A stretch of 46,097 nt of DNA, taken from Planctomycetota bacterium. Its GTDB lineage: Bacteria; Planctomycetota; SZUA-567; H5-PLA8. Every line of letters starts with the position of its first letter. Positions within the stretch are counted from its first letter, which is position 1. A program made the position numbers and the translations under genes. The notes under the pieces were generated by a model. That model saw nothing but the letters and a program-made list of their open reading frames with translations. It made no database searches and was not told the origin of the DNA. The stretch is taken from contig BTVV01000044.1 in assembly GCA_045863855.1 (NCBI GenBank), forward strand, positions 1 through 46,097, in the 5' to 3' direction. Below, in pieces: positions 25,442 to 35,097 of the stretch.

Positions 25442-27160
25442 ATGCCGCCCGCTCCGCGCCGCGTAGTTCTTGCCCTGCTGGCCGCGCTTCCGCTCATGCT
25501 TTACGTGGTCTATCCCGTCGGCGCGATGCTGGCCGACGGGCTGTCGGCGCCGGTGGCGGATTACCGCGCGCGGCGGCTGGGTTGGGATCCGGCGGCGCCG
25601 CCGTTCGCGGCCGGCGTTCGCGCGGCGTGGCACGATCCGCTGGTTGCGCGCGCGACGTGGGGCACGCTGACGCTTTCCTTTTGGACGGTGGTGCTGGGCG
25701 GCGCGTGGGGGCTGGGCTTGGCGCTGCTATGGCAGCGCCGCGCGTTTCCGGGCCGGCGCTTTTTCGCGCTGCTTGGTTACGCGCCGCTACTGATGCCGCC
25801 GCTGGTAGGGACGCTGGCCTTTTTCCGGTTACTGGGCCACAGCGGATTGGTCTGGCAATGGCTTCCTTTCGCCGGCGGCAAACCGTGGCTGGAACCATTC
25901 GGCGCGGTGCTGGTGCTGCATGTGTACTCATTCGGGCTGTACACGTACGCCTTCGCGGCGGCGGCGCTGCAGGATCTGGACCCGGCGCTCGAGGAGGCCG
26001 CGCGCGGACTGGGCGCGAGCCGGGCGCGTGCGTTCGTCGCGGCGATCTGGCCGGCGCTGCGCGGGCCGGTAGGCGCGGCGGCGCTGCTGGCCTTCATGGC
26101 CGCGGGCGCTTCGTTCAGCGGGCCGTACCTGCTCGATACCGACGGGAACTACCTCACGGTGGAAATCCTGAACTTGCAGGAGTCCGGCGACCGCGGGCTG
26201 ACGGCGGCGGTGACGGCCTGGCTGGCGCTGCTGAGTTTGCTGGCGCTGCCGGGGTTCCTGGCGTTCCGCGCGGCGGTTTCGAGCGGAGGCGCTGCGACGG
26301 CGGGACTGAAGGGCGCGGGCCGCTCGGCGCTCGTCCCGGCGCGCGGCGGCGAAGCCTGGCTGCGCTTCGCGCTTTCGCTGGCCGCGGCGGCGGTATTGCT
26401 GATTCCCCTTGGGGTGGTGGTGCTGAGCGCGATCAGCGACCGGGCAGGCTGGCACGAGCAGGGCTGGGAAGTTCATTTTTCGGCGGACGCGTTCGCGGCG
26501 CTGGATGGCCGCGATTGGAGCGCGCTGGGACGAAGCCTGGCGTACGGCGCGTGCGCGGCGGCACTGAATATCGCGGTGGCGCTGGGACTGGCGCTGGCCC
26601 TGCGGCGAGCGCCGGCGTGGTCGGCGCTGCCGGCCGAGGCGGCGGTAATGCTGGCGGTCGCGCTGCCGGGTAGCGCGGTGGCGATCGCGCTTCTAAGCGC
26701 GTTTCACGGACCGTCGTGGCTCTTCGGCGGCGCGGCACTGGGGCAATCGGCGACGCTGCTGGTGCTGGCGTACACGATCCGGAATCTTCCGCTGGCGGTG
26801 CGTCCGGTGCGGGCGGCGCTGGACGGATTGGGGGAAGACTTGGAGGCCGCCGCGCGCGGCTTGGGCGCTGAGCCCCTGCGGGCGCTGCTGCGCGTGACGG
26901 TTCCGCTGCTGCTGCCGACGCTGGCGGCGGCGGCGCTGCTGTGCTTCGTGGCCGCGGCGGGCGAGTACGTGGCGAGCGAGTTGCTTTGGAGCGTGCATAC
27001 GCAACCGGTGAGCGTACGGATCCGCGAGGTGTACCGAAGCCAGTTCCCGCGCGGGGCGGCGCTGTCGCTGGTGCTGATGCTGCTGTGCGCGGCGGCGACT
27101 GGGGCGGCGGCTTGGGCGGGAGGAAAAGGGAAATTCAAAATTCGAAATGAACAGCGATGA
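25442..27160 (+). CDS. FbpB/ThiP-type ABC transporter permease
   Basis: Two EAA loops (LEEAARGLGAS, LEAAARGLGA), many transmembrane segments. Confidence 0.9.
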   Translation: MPPAPRRVVLALLAALPLMLYVVYPVGAMLADGLSAPVADYRARRLGWDPAAPPFAAGVRAAWHDPLVARATWGTLTLSFWTVVLGGAWGLGLALLWQRRAFPGRRFFALLGYAPLLMPPLVGTLAFFRLLGHSGLVWQWLPFAGGKPWLEPFGAVLVLHVYSFGLYTYAFAAAALQDLDPALEEAARGLGASRARAFVAAIWPALRGPVGAAALLAFMAAGASFSGPYLLDTDGNYLTVEILNLQESGDRGLTAAVTAWLALLSLLALPGFLAFRAAVSSGGAATAGLKGAGRSALVPARGGEAWLRFALSLAAAAVLLIPLGVVVLSAISDRAGWHEQGWEVHFSADAFAALDGRDWSALGRSLAYGACAAALNIAVALGLALALRRAPAWSALPAEAAVMLAVALPGSAVAIALLSAFHGPSWLFGGAALGQSATLLVLAYTIRNLPLAVRPVRAALDGLGEDLEAAARGLGAEPLRALLRVTVPLLLPTLAAAALLCFVAAAGEYVASELLWSVHTQPVSVRIREVYRSQFPRGAALSLVLMLLCAAATGAAAWAGGKGKFKIRNEQR

Positions 27161-27252
27161 CCGAACGCTACCCGGGTTGCATACCGTAGCGATGGGATAA
27201 GATAACGGGTCGCTTGAAACCGTGTGGATCGTCCCGAGGAATACTGAACCGT

Positions 27253-29802
27253 ATGCCGCTAAGAAATATGGGACTCATCCTGCTTGTGTGCGCTACCTTT
27301 GCGCATGCGGAGCAGCCGATCGACCGCGGGCGGGAGGCGGTGCGGTTGGAGTTGCTGGCGGGGCGCTCGGGGCTGTGCGCGCTCAATGTGGCCGCTCATC
27401 CGGACGACGAGGACGGCGCGACGCTGGCGTGGCTGCGGCGAGTGGCGGGGGTCGAAACGCATCTGGTGCTGGCGACACGGGGCGAAGGCGGGCAGAACGA
27501 GGCCGGTCCGGAACTGGGCGCCGAACTGGCCGCGCGGCGCAGCCGCGAGACCGAAGAGGCCGCGCGCATCCTGGGCTGCAAGGTCTGGTATCTGAATTGC
27601 CCCGACTTCGGGTTCTCGAAGAGCGACGCGGAAACCCTGAAGGTCTGGGACAAAGAACGCGCGCTCGAGCGGCTGGTGCGGATTATCCGCACGGTGAAGC
27701 CGGATTTATTGTTCACGAATCACGACCCGTTGGGCACCGACCACGGACATCATCGCGCGACCGGACAGTTGCTGCTGGAAGCCTTCGACGCGGCGGCCGA
27801 TCCACAACGGTTTCCGGATCAGATTGCGAACGGCGGTTTGCAGGCTTGGGCGCCGGCCAAGCTTTACCGGCGGCTGTGGCAGCCCACCGAAGAGACGGTA
27901 ACGCTGGACGGCGGGCGGATCGATGCGGCGTTGGGGCACGCGCCGGCGGAGTTCGCGGCGTGGGCGCTGGAGCGGCACGCGACGCAAGGCATGCAACGGG
28001 ATATCCGCCCCGGCGACAAAGCGTTACGGCATTACTTGCTGCTGAAATCGCGCTTACCCAAGCCCGCTCAAGCGGAGCGTTCGCTTCTGGAGGGGCTTGA
28101 GCCGTCCGTTTACCGACCGCTGCATTTACAGCCGTTTTCGGACGAGAATTCGGACGCGACGGATACGGTCGCCGCGCTTCATGCGCAGCAGCGGGAGATC
28201 CCTGGGAGCGCCAGCTGGGCGCTGGAGCAATTGGATCCCGCGCCAACGAAATCCGTTTGGCTGCTGCGCGCCGCGTGGGAAAGCCTGAAGGTGGCAAGCG
28301 GCGAGTTGCCGCAGGAGCCCTGGCCGCAGGAGCGCCAGGCGCGTGCGCGGCGGCACTTGGAAGCGGGGCTCGCGGCGGCGCTGGGCTTGCGCTTGGATGC
28401 GCGTCCGGACGACGCGCTGATCTGCGCGGGACAGCGCGTGAAGATCAACGTGCGTGCGGTCAACGCGGGACCGTATCCGATCGCCCTGAAGAGGCTGCAA
28501 TTCAGAACCGAACCGGGCTGGAATAGCGATGCGATTCAGGTTCCCGGCGAGCCGCTTCCGGCCGGCGCAGTGTACGAGACGGAAGCGTTCGTCACGCCGG
28601 AACCGCGGGCGTATCCCAATACGCCGGCGCATCGGTTCCTGGAAGGACGCCAGGCCGCGGGGGCTCCGGTCTCGCTCTCCGCGACAGTGCAGTACGACGG
28701 GGTGGAATTCGAGACGCCCGCCGCAGGAATCGCTCTGGCTCTGGCGCCGGCTTTCGAGACGCGCATCGAGCCCGATCCGGTACTTGTCTTCGACGATCCG
28801 GACCGTCCGGATAACGCGGAGGTGACGGTGCGAGCCCGTTTGGTGGTGACTGGACACCGGCGTGAACCTTGGACGCTGTACGGCAAGCTGGCAGAAGACA
28901 AGCGACATGTTACGCAAACGGTACAGGAATCGATCCTGTCCTTCGAACGGGAAGATCAGGCGCTCTCGCGCGACTTGGGGTTCACTGTTCAGGTCAAGGA
29001 TTTTCGTACCGGGCCGTACGAAGCCGCGACGGTGCTGTGGGATGCGCAGGTCCGCTATCCGTCGCCGAGCATCCGGGTGATACGCATTCCGTTGAAGCTA
29101 CCGACGCCGCTGCATGTGGGGCTGGTCTCGACGTACGACCGGGCCACGGGCGAAGCACTGGAGCGGATGGCATCGCAGCACACGGGCCTGCGAGTATTCC
29201 CGCTCACCCCGGACGACCTGCGCGGCAGCGATTTAAACGCGCTGCACACGATCGTGCTGGATTTGCGCGCGACGCAATACCGGCCGGATGTGCTGGAGAA
29301 CCGCGAACGCTTGAAGCAGTTCATGGAACAAGGCGGGCACGTGGTCTGCCTGTATCATAAAGACTTCGATTGGAACGAGGCGGACGAGGACGCTCGCGGC
29401 CGGGGCTTTTTCCGGGGCCAGGGCGGCGGCGGCGCGATCGCGCCGTATCCGATCAGCCTCTCGTTCCGGCGCGTCACCGACGAGCACGCGGCGGTGCGCT
29501 TAATCGATCCGACGCATACGCTCTTGACCAAACCCAATAAACTGTGGGACGCCGACTGGGAGGGCTGGGTGCAGGAGCGCGGGGTCTATTTCCCGTCGAA
29601 ATGGGATTCTAAATACAAAGCGTTACTGGAAAGCCACGACGCGGGCGAGGAGCCGTTAGACGGCGGCTTGCTGATCGCTCCGGTCGGCAAAGGCAGCTTC
29701 GTGTACACGAGCTTCGTGTGGTACCGACAGCTCCGCGCGGGCGTACCGGGCGCTTACCGCATGCTGGCGAACCTGATCGCATATCCGAGGGTGAAGGAGT
29801 GA
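27253..29802 (+). CDS. PIG-L/LmbE family deacetylase, multidomain
   Basis: AHPDDE, TRGEGGQN, DFGFSK, HGHH, C-terminal WEGWVQERG and RQLRAGVPGAYR; start uncertain. Confidence 0.9.
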   Translation: MPLRNMGLILLVCATFAHAEQPIDRGREAVRLELLAGRSGLCALNVAAHPDDEDGATLAWLRRVAGVETHLVLATRGEGGQNEAGPELGAELAARRSRETEEAARILGCKVWYLNCPDFGFSKSDAETLKVWDKERALERLVRIIRTVKPDLLFTNHDPLGTDHGHHRATGQLLLEAFDAAADPQRFPDQIANGGLQAWAPAKLYRRLWQPTEETVTLDGGRIDAALGHAPAEFAAWALERHATQGMQRDIRPGDKALRHYLLLKSRLPKPAQAERSLLEGLEPSVYRPLHLQPFSDENSDATDTVAALHAQQREIPGSASWALEQLDPAPTKSVWLLRAAWESLKVASGELPQEPWPQERQARARRHLEAGLAAALGLRLDARPDDALICAGQRVKINVRAVNAGPYPIALKRLQFRTEPGWNSDAIQVPGEPLPAGAVYETEAFVTPEPRAYPNTPAHRFLEGRQAAGAPVSLSATVQYDGVEFETPAAGIALALAPAFETRIEPDPVLVFDDPDRPDNAEVTVRARLVVTGHRREPWTLYGKLAEDKRHVTQTVQESILSFEREDQALSRDLGFTVQVKDFRTGPYEAATVLWDAQVRYPSPSIRVIRIPLKLPTPLHVGLVSTYDRATGEALERMASQHTGLRVFPLTPDDLRGSDLNALHTIVLDLRATQYRPDVLENRERLKQFMEQGGHVVCLYHKDFDWNEADEDARGRGFFRGQGGGGAIAPYPISLSFRRVTDEHAAVRLIDPTHTLLTKPNKLWDADWEGWVQERGVYFPSKWDSKYKALLESHDAGEEPLDGGLLIAPVGKGSFVYTSFVWYRQLRAGVPGAYRMLANLIAYPRVKE

Positions 29803-29836
29803 GCGACGAAAAGCGGCAAATCACGAAAGGCGCTCC

Positions 29837-30196
29837 ATGACACCGGGACAACGCCGCACGCTGTGGATCTGCACGTTCGCGCTCAGCTTCATATTTTTTT
29901 ACGAGGCCTCCGGGCAGTTATTGATTCCGCGCGATTACGTCGAACGGCCGAAGCCCGGGGCCGAATTGGATGCTCATTTTCAGGAACAAATGAGCTTTGG
30001 CGCGATCTTTCTGGCGCTAGGTTCGGCCGTTTCGGTACTATTGGCCAAGCGCTCGAAAGCGCTGGGTAGCAGCGGTGCGGACGACCGCGTGCGCGGCGAG
30101 GCTCCGCATACGCTGGATTGGGCGGCGCTGGCCGCGGCGCTGGCGGTTTTGGTGGGAACCGCCTGGCGGAGTTACCTGGCGGTGCACGGGGGTTAG
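29837..30196 (+). CDS. Small membrane protein
   Basis: Three hydrophobic segments. Confidence 0.6.
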   Translation: MTPGQRRTLWICTFALSFIFFYEASGQLLIPRDYVERPKPGAELDAHFQEQMSFGAIFLALGSAVSVLLAKRSKALGSSGADDRVRGEAPHTLDWAALAAALAVLVGTAWRSYLAVHGG

Positions 30197-30199
30197 ACT

Positions 30200-31741
30200 T
30201 TACTCCTCCAACCGCTTGCGGACGATCTGCACGGCCTCCTCGATCTTGATACGTTCCTGCTTCATGCTGTCGCGCTCGCGGATGGTGACGGTGCCGTCGG
30301 CGATGGTCTGGCCGTCGACGGTGAGGCAGTAGGGCGTGCCGGCTTCGTCCTGGCGGGCGTAGCGGCGGCCAACGGCATCCTTTTCGTCGTAAAAGGCTTT
30401 GATGCCCTGGCGCAGGAATTCCTGAACGATTTCCTGGGCCTTTTCGGGCATGCCTTCCTTCTTTACGAGCGGGAAGACGGCGACTTTCATCGGCGCGAGG
30501 CGCGGATGAAGCCTGAGGAGCACGCGGCCTTCCTTGCGCGTCTCGCTGGGCGGTTCCTCGGTGTAGGCGTCGATGAGAAAAGCCAGGAGCGTGCGGTCCG
30601 CGCCGGCGGCGGGTTCGATGACGAACGGGTGGTAATGGACGTTCTTCACCGGATCGAAATAGGTGAGCTTCTTGCCGCTGGCTTTTTCGTGCGCTTTCAG
30701 GTCGTAATCGGAGCGGTGCGCGATGCCTTCCAGTTCACCCCAGCCCCAAGGATACTCGTACTCGACGTCCTTGCAGCCCTTGGCGTAGTGGGCCAGTTCG
30801 CTGGCGTCGTGGTCGCGCAGGCGCAGCTTTTCGGGGCGCATGCCGAGGCGTTCGTACCAATTCTTGCGTTCCTGGCACCAATATTCGAACCAGCCCATGT
30901 CATCGCGTTCGCCAGGCGTGGCGTGTTCGGGCGGCGGAACGAAGAATTCCATCTCCATCTGTTCGAACTCGCAGGAACGGAAGATGAAGTGCTCGACGGT
31001 GATTTCGTTGCGGAAGCTCTTACCTTGCTGTGCGATGCCGAAGGGCGGCTTCATGCGCGCGGAGGCCTGTACGTTGAGGAAATTGACGAACATGGCCTGC
31101 GCGGTTTCGGGTCGCAGGTAGACGGCGCTTTCGCCGATGGCTTCGGCGATAACGGTGCGGAGTTCTTCGCCCTGGAGGCTCTTACCTTCGAGGCGCTGGG
31201 CGATGCCGTCAATGGGATCGAGGCTGCCCATGCTGCTGCGGAACATCAGGTTGAAGCGGCGTATGTCGGTGTGGTTGGGGCTGCCGCAGTTGGGGCAGAC
31301 GATCCCGAGTTTGCCGACGGCGCCCTTGCGTTCTTCCTTCTTGCCCGATTTGTGGTCGATGACCACCTTATAGGTCACTTCGATGCCGACATCGGCGGTG
31401 GGCCATTTGTCGGCCCGGCCGCGCTCTTTGCAGTCTTTACAGTCCACCAGCGGGTCGGAGAATCCAGCAAGGTGCCCCGATGCGCGCCAGACGTTGGGAT
31501 GCATCATGATGCTGGCGTCGATGCCGACGATGTCGTCGCGCTGGAGGACCATGGCGCGCCACCATTCCTGCTTGACGTTACGCTTCAATTCGACGCCGAG
31601 GGGACCGTAGTCGTAGCAGCTTTTAAGGCCGCCGTAGATTTCGCTGGACTGAAAGACGAAGCCGCGGCGCTTGCAGAGGCTGACGATCTTCTCCATGATC
31701 TCTTCGCCGGGTGCGGCAGCCTTGTCTTTGGGCTTGCTCAT
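30200..31741 (-). CDS. glyQS: Glycine--tRNA ligase (homodimeric type)
   Basis: CKRRGF..SSEIYGG, DYGPLG, LRPETAQ, FRNEI, ELEGIA.R, VIEP, RRY.RQDE.GTP. Confidence 0.97.
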   Translation of the reverse strand: MSKPKDKAAAPGEEIMEKIVSLCKRRGFVFQSSEIYGGLKSCYDYGPLGVELKRNVKQEWWRAMVLQRDDIVGIDASIMMHPNVWRASGHLAGFSDPLVDCKDCKERGRADKWPTADVGIEVTYKVVIDHKSGKKEERKGAVGKLGIVCPNCGSPNHTDIRRFNLMFRSSMGSLDPIDGIAQRLEGKSLQGEELRTVIAEAIGESAVYLRPETAQAMFVNFLNVQASARMKPPFGIAQQGKSFRNEITVEHFIFRSCEFEQMEMEFFVPPPEHATPGERDDMGWFEYWCQERKNWYERLGMRPEKLRLRDHDASELAHYAKGCKDVEYEYPWGWGELEGIAHRSDYDLKAHEKASGKKLTYFDPVKNVHYHPFVIEPAAGADRTLLAFLIDAYTEEPPSETRKEGRVLLRLHPRLAPMKVAVFPLVKKEGMPEKAQEIVQEFLRQGIKAFYDEKDAVGRRYARQDEAGTPYCLTVDGQTIADGTVTIRERDSMKQERIKIEEAVQIVRKRLEE

Positions 31742-31886
31742 ACTCTCGAACTCCCGTTATGCTGACTCTCGAATCGGCCGCATTCTTAAGATTTATTTAT
31801 CGGCCAAAAGCCGCGGAAAATGAAACGGCGAACGAAGGATAGTACCTTGGACGAATCTTCAAACAACGGCAGAACAGGGAGCGCCC

Positions 31887-32621
31887 ATGAAACCTACCCC
31901 ACCCTTTCAGGTAATCGCTCACCGCGGCGACAAAGCGCACGCGCCGGAGAACACGATCCCGGCCTTCGAAGCCGGCCTGGCCTGCGGCGCCGGGGGCCTG
32001 GAACTGGACGTGCGCTTGACGCGCGACGGCGTGGCGGTGGTGCACCATGACGCGGACTTCAAGCGCAGCGCCGGCGATTCGCGGGCGGTAGCCGATACGA
32101 CCTTCTCCGAATGCCAGGCGCTGGACGTGGGCACACGATTTTCGGAAGCCTTCGCGGAGACGCGCGTGCCCACGCTGCAGGAAGTGCTGGAGCGCTTTTT
32201 GCCTCGGGCGCCGATCGATATCGAACTGAAAGCTCCGGACACGCCGGCTGCGGCGGCAGCACTGTTGCGCGACTTCCCAGACGCGGTTCGCGCGAACGCG
32301 ACCGTAACGAGTTTCGAGTTGGACCTGCTTACCGAAATGCGGTCGCTGGACGGCGCGGTCAAGCTGGGCTGGCTGACAACGAAGGAGGTCCGCGCGCCGT
32401 GGGCGGAACTCGAACGACTGGGCGCTCGAACGTGGGCCGCGCATGGGCCGACGCTTACAGCCGAGGCCTGCGCCGAGGCGCATGCGCGCGGGTATGACGT
32501 GCGCTGCTGGGCGATTCACGATCTGGATGCGGCGCGGAGGATCGTGGCGCTGGGCGCGGACGGCTGCACATACGACGATCCGGCTGAGTTATTGCGCGCG
32601 CTAAGGACCATTCACCGCTGA
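31887..32621 (+). CDS. Glycerophosphodiester phosphodiesterase family protein
   Basis: AHRG....PENTI.AF, ELDV.LTRDG..VVHHD, IELK. Confidence 0.92.
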   Translation: MKPTPPFQVIAHRGDKAHAPENTIPAFEAGLACGAGGLELDVRLTRDGVAVVHHDADFKRSAGDSRAVADTTFSECQALDVGTRFSEAFAETRVPTLQEVLERFLPRAPIDIELKAPDTPAAAAALLRDFPDAVRANATVTSFELDLLTEMRSLDGAVKLGWLTTKEVRAPWAELERLGARTWAAHGPTLTAEACAEAHARGYDVRCWAIHDLDAARRIVALGADGCTYDDPAELLRALRTIHR

Positions 32622-32644
32622 GTCGCGGCTTTCGGGTAAGCGCG

Positions 32645-33574
32645 CTATTCGAGGTTCTGGACCTGCTCGCGGATTTTTTCGATGGCTTGCTTCATTTCCA
32701 CGACGGCGTGCGTGACGGCTTCGTCGTTGGCCTTGGAGCCGATGGTGTTCACTTCGCGGTTCAGTTCCTGGGTGAGGAAGTCGAGCTTCTTGCCGAGTTC
32801 GCCGCCGGCTTCGAGGGCGGCGTTCATCTGCTTGAGGTGGCTTTCGAGGCGGGCGAGTTCCTCGCTGACGTCCATGCGGTCGGCGAGCATCACGATTTCG
32901 CGCTCGAGGGTGGCTTTGCCGAGTTCGAGGGAGTTCCCGGTTTCGGCGAGTAGCTTCTGGACGCGTTCGCGCAGGCGTTCGAGCGCGGCGCGCTGGGCGG
33001 CGGGCGCGAGTTCGAGGAGCGCGGCGCGGTGCTTGGCGATGACGGCCAGTTGCGCGCGGATATCGGCGGCCATGGCCAAGCCTTCGGCGCGGCGCATGCC
33101 GTCGAAGGCATTCAGCGCGGCGGAGAGGCCGCGTTCAAGGCGCTCCCAGGCGCCTTCGAGGTCTTCTTCGGCCTCGGTGCGTATGACGGAGCCGGGTAGG
33201 CTCAGGAGTGTATCGAGCGGCGGCGCGGATTTTCGCTTCAGGACCTTGGAGAGCGTCTTGAACTGGTCGGCGTATCGGCGCACGGTTTCGACGTCGATCG
33301 AATAGCCGCTCTGGCCCTTGGCCGCGTCGTCAAGGTAGATGCCGACGTCTACGCTTCCGCGACGGACGCCGCGCTGCGCCATGACGGCTTTGACTTTTTC
33401 TTCAAGCGCGCCGAGGCGCGGGGGAAGTTTAAGGCCGAGTTTAAGGAAGCGCCCGTTGACCGAACGGATCTCGACGACGCAACGTCCCGCGCCGGACTCG
33501 TCGACCGCACGGCCGTAGCCGGTCATGGAGCGGACGGGTTCGGCCGGAGAGGCGGCTTCGGTTTTGCGTGACAT
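32645..33574 (-). CDS. YicC/YloC family endoribonuclease
   Basis: SMTGYG, EIRSVNGR, GKKLDFL.QELNREVNTIGSK, IREQVQNLE. Confidence 0.95.
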   Translation of the reverse strand: MSRKTEAASPAEPVRSMTGYGRAVDESGAGRCVVEIRSVNGRFLKLGLKLPPRLGALEEKVKAVMAQRGVRRGSVDVGIYLDDAAKGQSGYSIDVETVRRYADQFKTLSKVLKRKSAPPLDTLLSLPGSVIRTEAEEDLEGAWERLERGLSAALNAFDGMRRAEGLAMAADIRAQLAVIAKHRAALLELAPAAQRAALERLRERVQKLLAETGNSLELGKATLEREIVMLADRMDVSEELARLESHLKQMNAALEAGGELGKKLDFLTQELNREVNTIGSKANDEAVTHAVVEMKQAIEKIREQVQNLE

Positions 33575-33602
33575 GCAGGGTTACGTTCCGCGGCGCGCCG
33601 GG

Positions 33603-34175
33603 CTACTCGGTCTTGGCCGCTTCGGTCTTCGCGGCTTCCGACTTGGCGGCCTCTGTCTTGGCGGCTTCGGTCTTAGCTTCTTCGGTTTTCGCGGCTTCGG
33701 TCTTGGCTTCGCCGGTCTTTTCGGTCTCGGTCTTGGCTTCGGTCTTAGTCGATTCGGCCGCGCCGGTCTTGGCTTCGGCGGGGATGTCCACGGTCTTCAC
33801 CACGCCCGCGCCGGGTTCGATGTGAATGTCGTTGGGGCTGACGCCGACGGGCAGTTCGATGTCGCCGGCGCCGGTAGCGGCATCGGGCGATTCCATGGCG
33901 GGGGTGGTTTCGGAGGCTTTAAAGAGTTCGTCGTCGTTCACCAAGCTGCCGCCCGTGGAGAGGAGGCCCAGGGTGATGGCAAGCATGAACCAGATCACGG
34001 CAAGCCAGACCGTGGCGCGGCGGATGGGGTTGGTGACGCCTTCGACGCCCGCGGCCTTGGTGCCGCCAAGGCCGGCCAGCCCGCCGCCCTTGCCTTCCTG
34101 CAGGAGAATGAGGAAGGTCATAAGCACCGCAACGATGAGAAATGCGGCTTTGAGGATCCAGGCCAGAATTTCCAT
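33603..34175 (-). CDS. secG: Preprotein translocase subunit SecG with a repetitive C-terminal tail
   Basis: LILLQEGKGGGL, two TM helices, downstream of tpiA. Confidence 0.9.
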   Translation of the reverse strand: MEILAWILKAAFLIVAVLMTFLILLQEGKGGGLAGLGGTKAAGVEGVTNPIRRATVWLAVIWFMLAITLGLLSTGGSLVNDDELFKASETTPAMESPDAATGAGDIELPVGVSPNDIHIEPGAGVVKTVDIPAEAKTGAAESTKTEAKTETEKTGEAKTEAAKTEEAKTEAAKTEAAKSEAAKTEAAKTE

Positions 34176-34207
34176 GACGAACGGCTCCGCTCTGTGTCTC
34201 AGGCGCG

Positions 34208-34969
34208 TTACGCGCCGGCTTTAACGATGGCGGCGAAGTCCTCGACCTTGAGGCTTGCCCCACCGATCAGCCCGCCGTCGATATCCGGCTGGCTGAACAG
34301 TTCCTTGGCGTTGTTCGGCTTTACCGAGCCGCCGTATTGTATCCGCATGGCCGCTGCGGCGTCAGGCCCAAATTGCTGGGCTACCATTCCGCGGATGAAG
34401 GCATGGACTTCCTGGGCTTGGGCGGGCGAGGCGGTGAGTCCGGTGCCGATGGCCCAGACGGGCTCGTAGGCGACGGTGACCTTGGCCATCTGCGCGGCGG
34501 TGAAGCCGTTAAAGGCGGCGCGGACCTGATGCCCGACGACATCCTTGGTGATGTTCTGCTGGCGCTGTTCGAGAGTCTCGCCGACGCAGACGATGGCTTC
34601 GAGTCCTTCGGCGAGCACACCCTTTAGGCGCGCATGGACGCCGGCATCGGTCTCGCCGAAGAACTGGCGGCGTTCGCTGTGGCCGAGAATGACGGTCGTC
34701 ACGCCCAGGGCTTTGAGCATGGGCGCTGAGACTTCGCCGGTGAAGGCACCCTGGATTTCGCCGTGGCAGTTCTGCGCGCCGAGCTTCACGGAGGTGCCGC
34801 GAACGGCGTCGCCGACGGCCGCCAAGCAAACGTAGGGCGGACAGAGCGCCACATCGCAAGCGGCAAATCCTGCGAGCGCTTTGACGACGCCTTGGGCCAG
34901 TTTGGCGGCCTCGGCAGGCGTGGTGTGCATCTTCCAGTTCCCGGCTACGTACGGTTTTCGTTCGGCCAT
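34208..34969 (-). CDS. tpiA: Triosephosphate isomerase
   Basis: GNWKM, GHSERR, AYEPVWAIGTG, YGGSV, GGASL. Confidence 0.98.
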   Translation of the reverse strand: MAERKPYVAGNWKMHTTPAEAAKLAQGVVKALAGFAACDVALCPPYVCLAAVGDAVRGTSVKLGAQNCHGEIQGAFTGEVSAPMLKALGVTTVILGHSERRQFFGETDAGVHARLKGVLAEGLEAIVCVGETLEQRQQNITKDVVGHQVRAAFNGFTAAQMAKVTVAYEPVWAIGTGLTASPAQAQEVHAFIRGMVAQQFGPDAAAAMRIQYGGSVKPNNAKELFSQPDIDGGLIGGASLKVEDFAAIVKAGA

Positions 34970-35097
34970 GGGTGATGCCCTCACTAATTAACGGTCCAGC
35001 GGTTTGGCTTGCAAACGGCGCGCGTGCCCAACCCCCGCGCCGCGATCGTCTTTGCCGTCCCGTTCTGCACAGTACGGCTCGAAACGGGCTACCTTAT

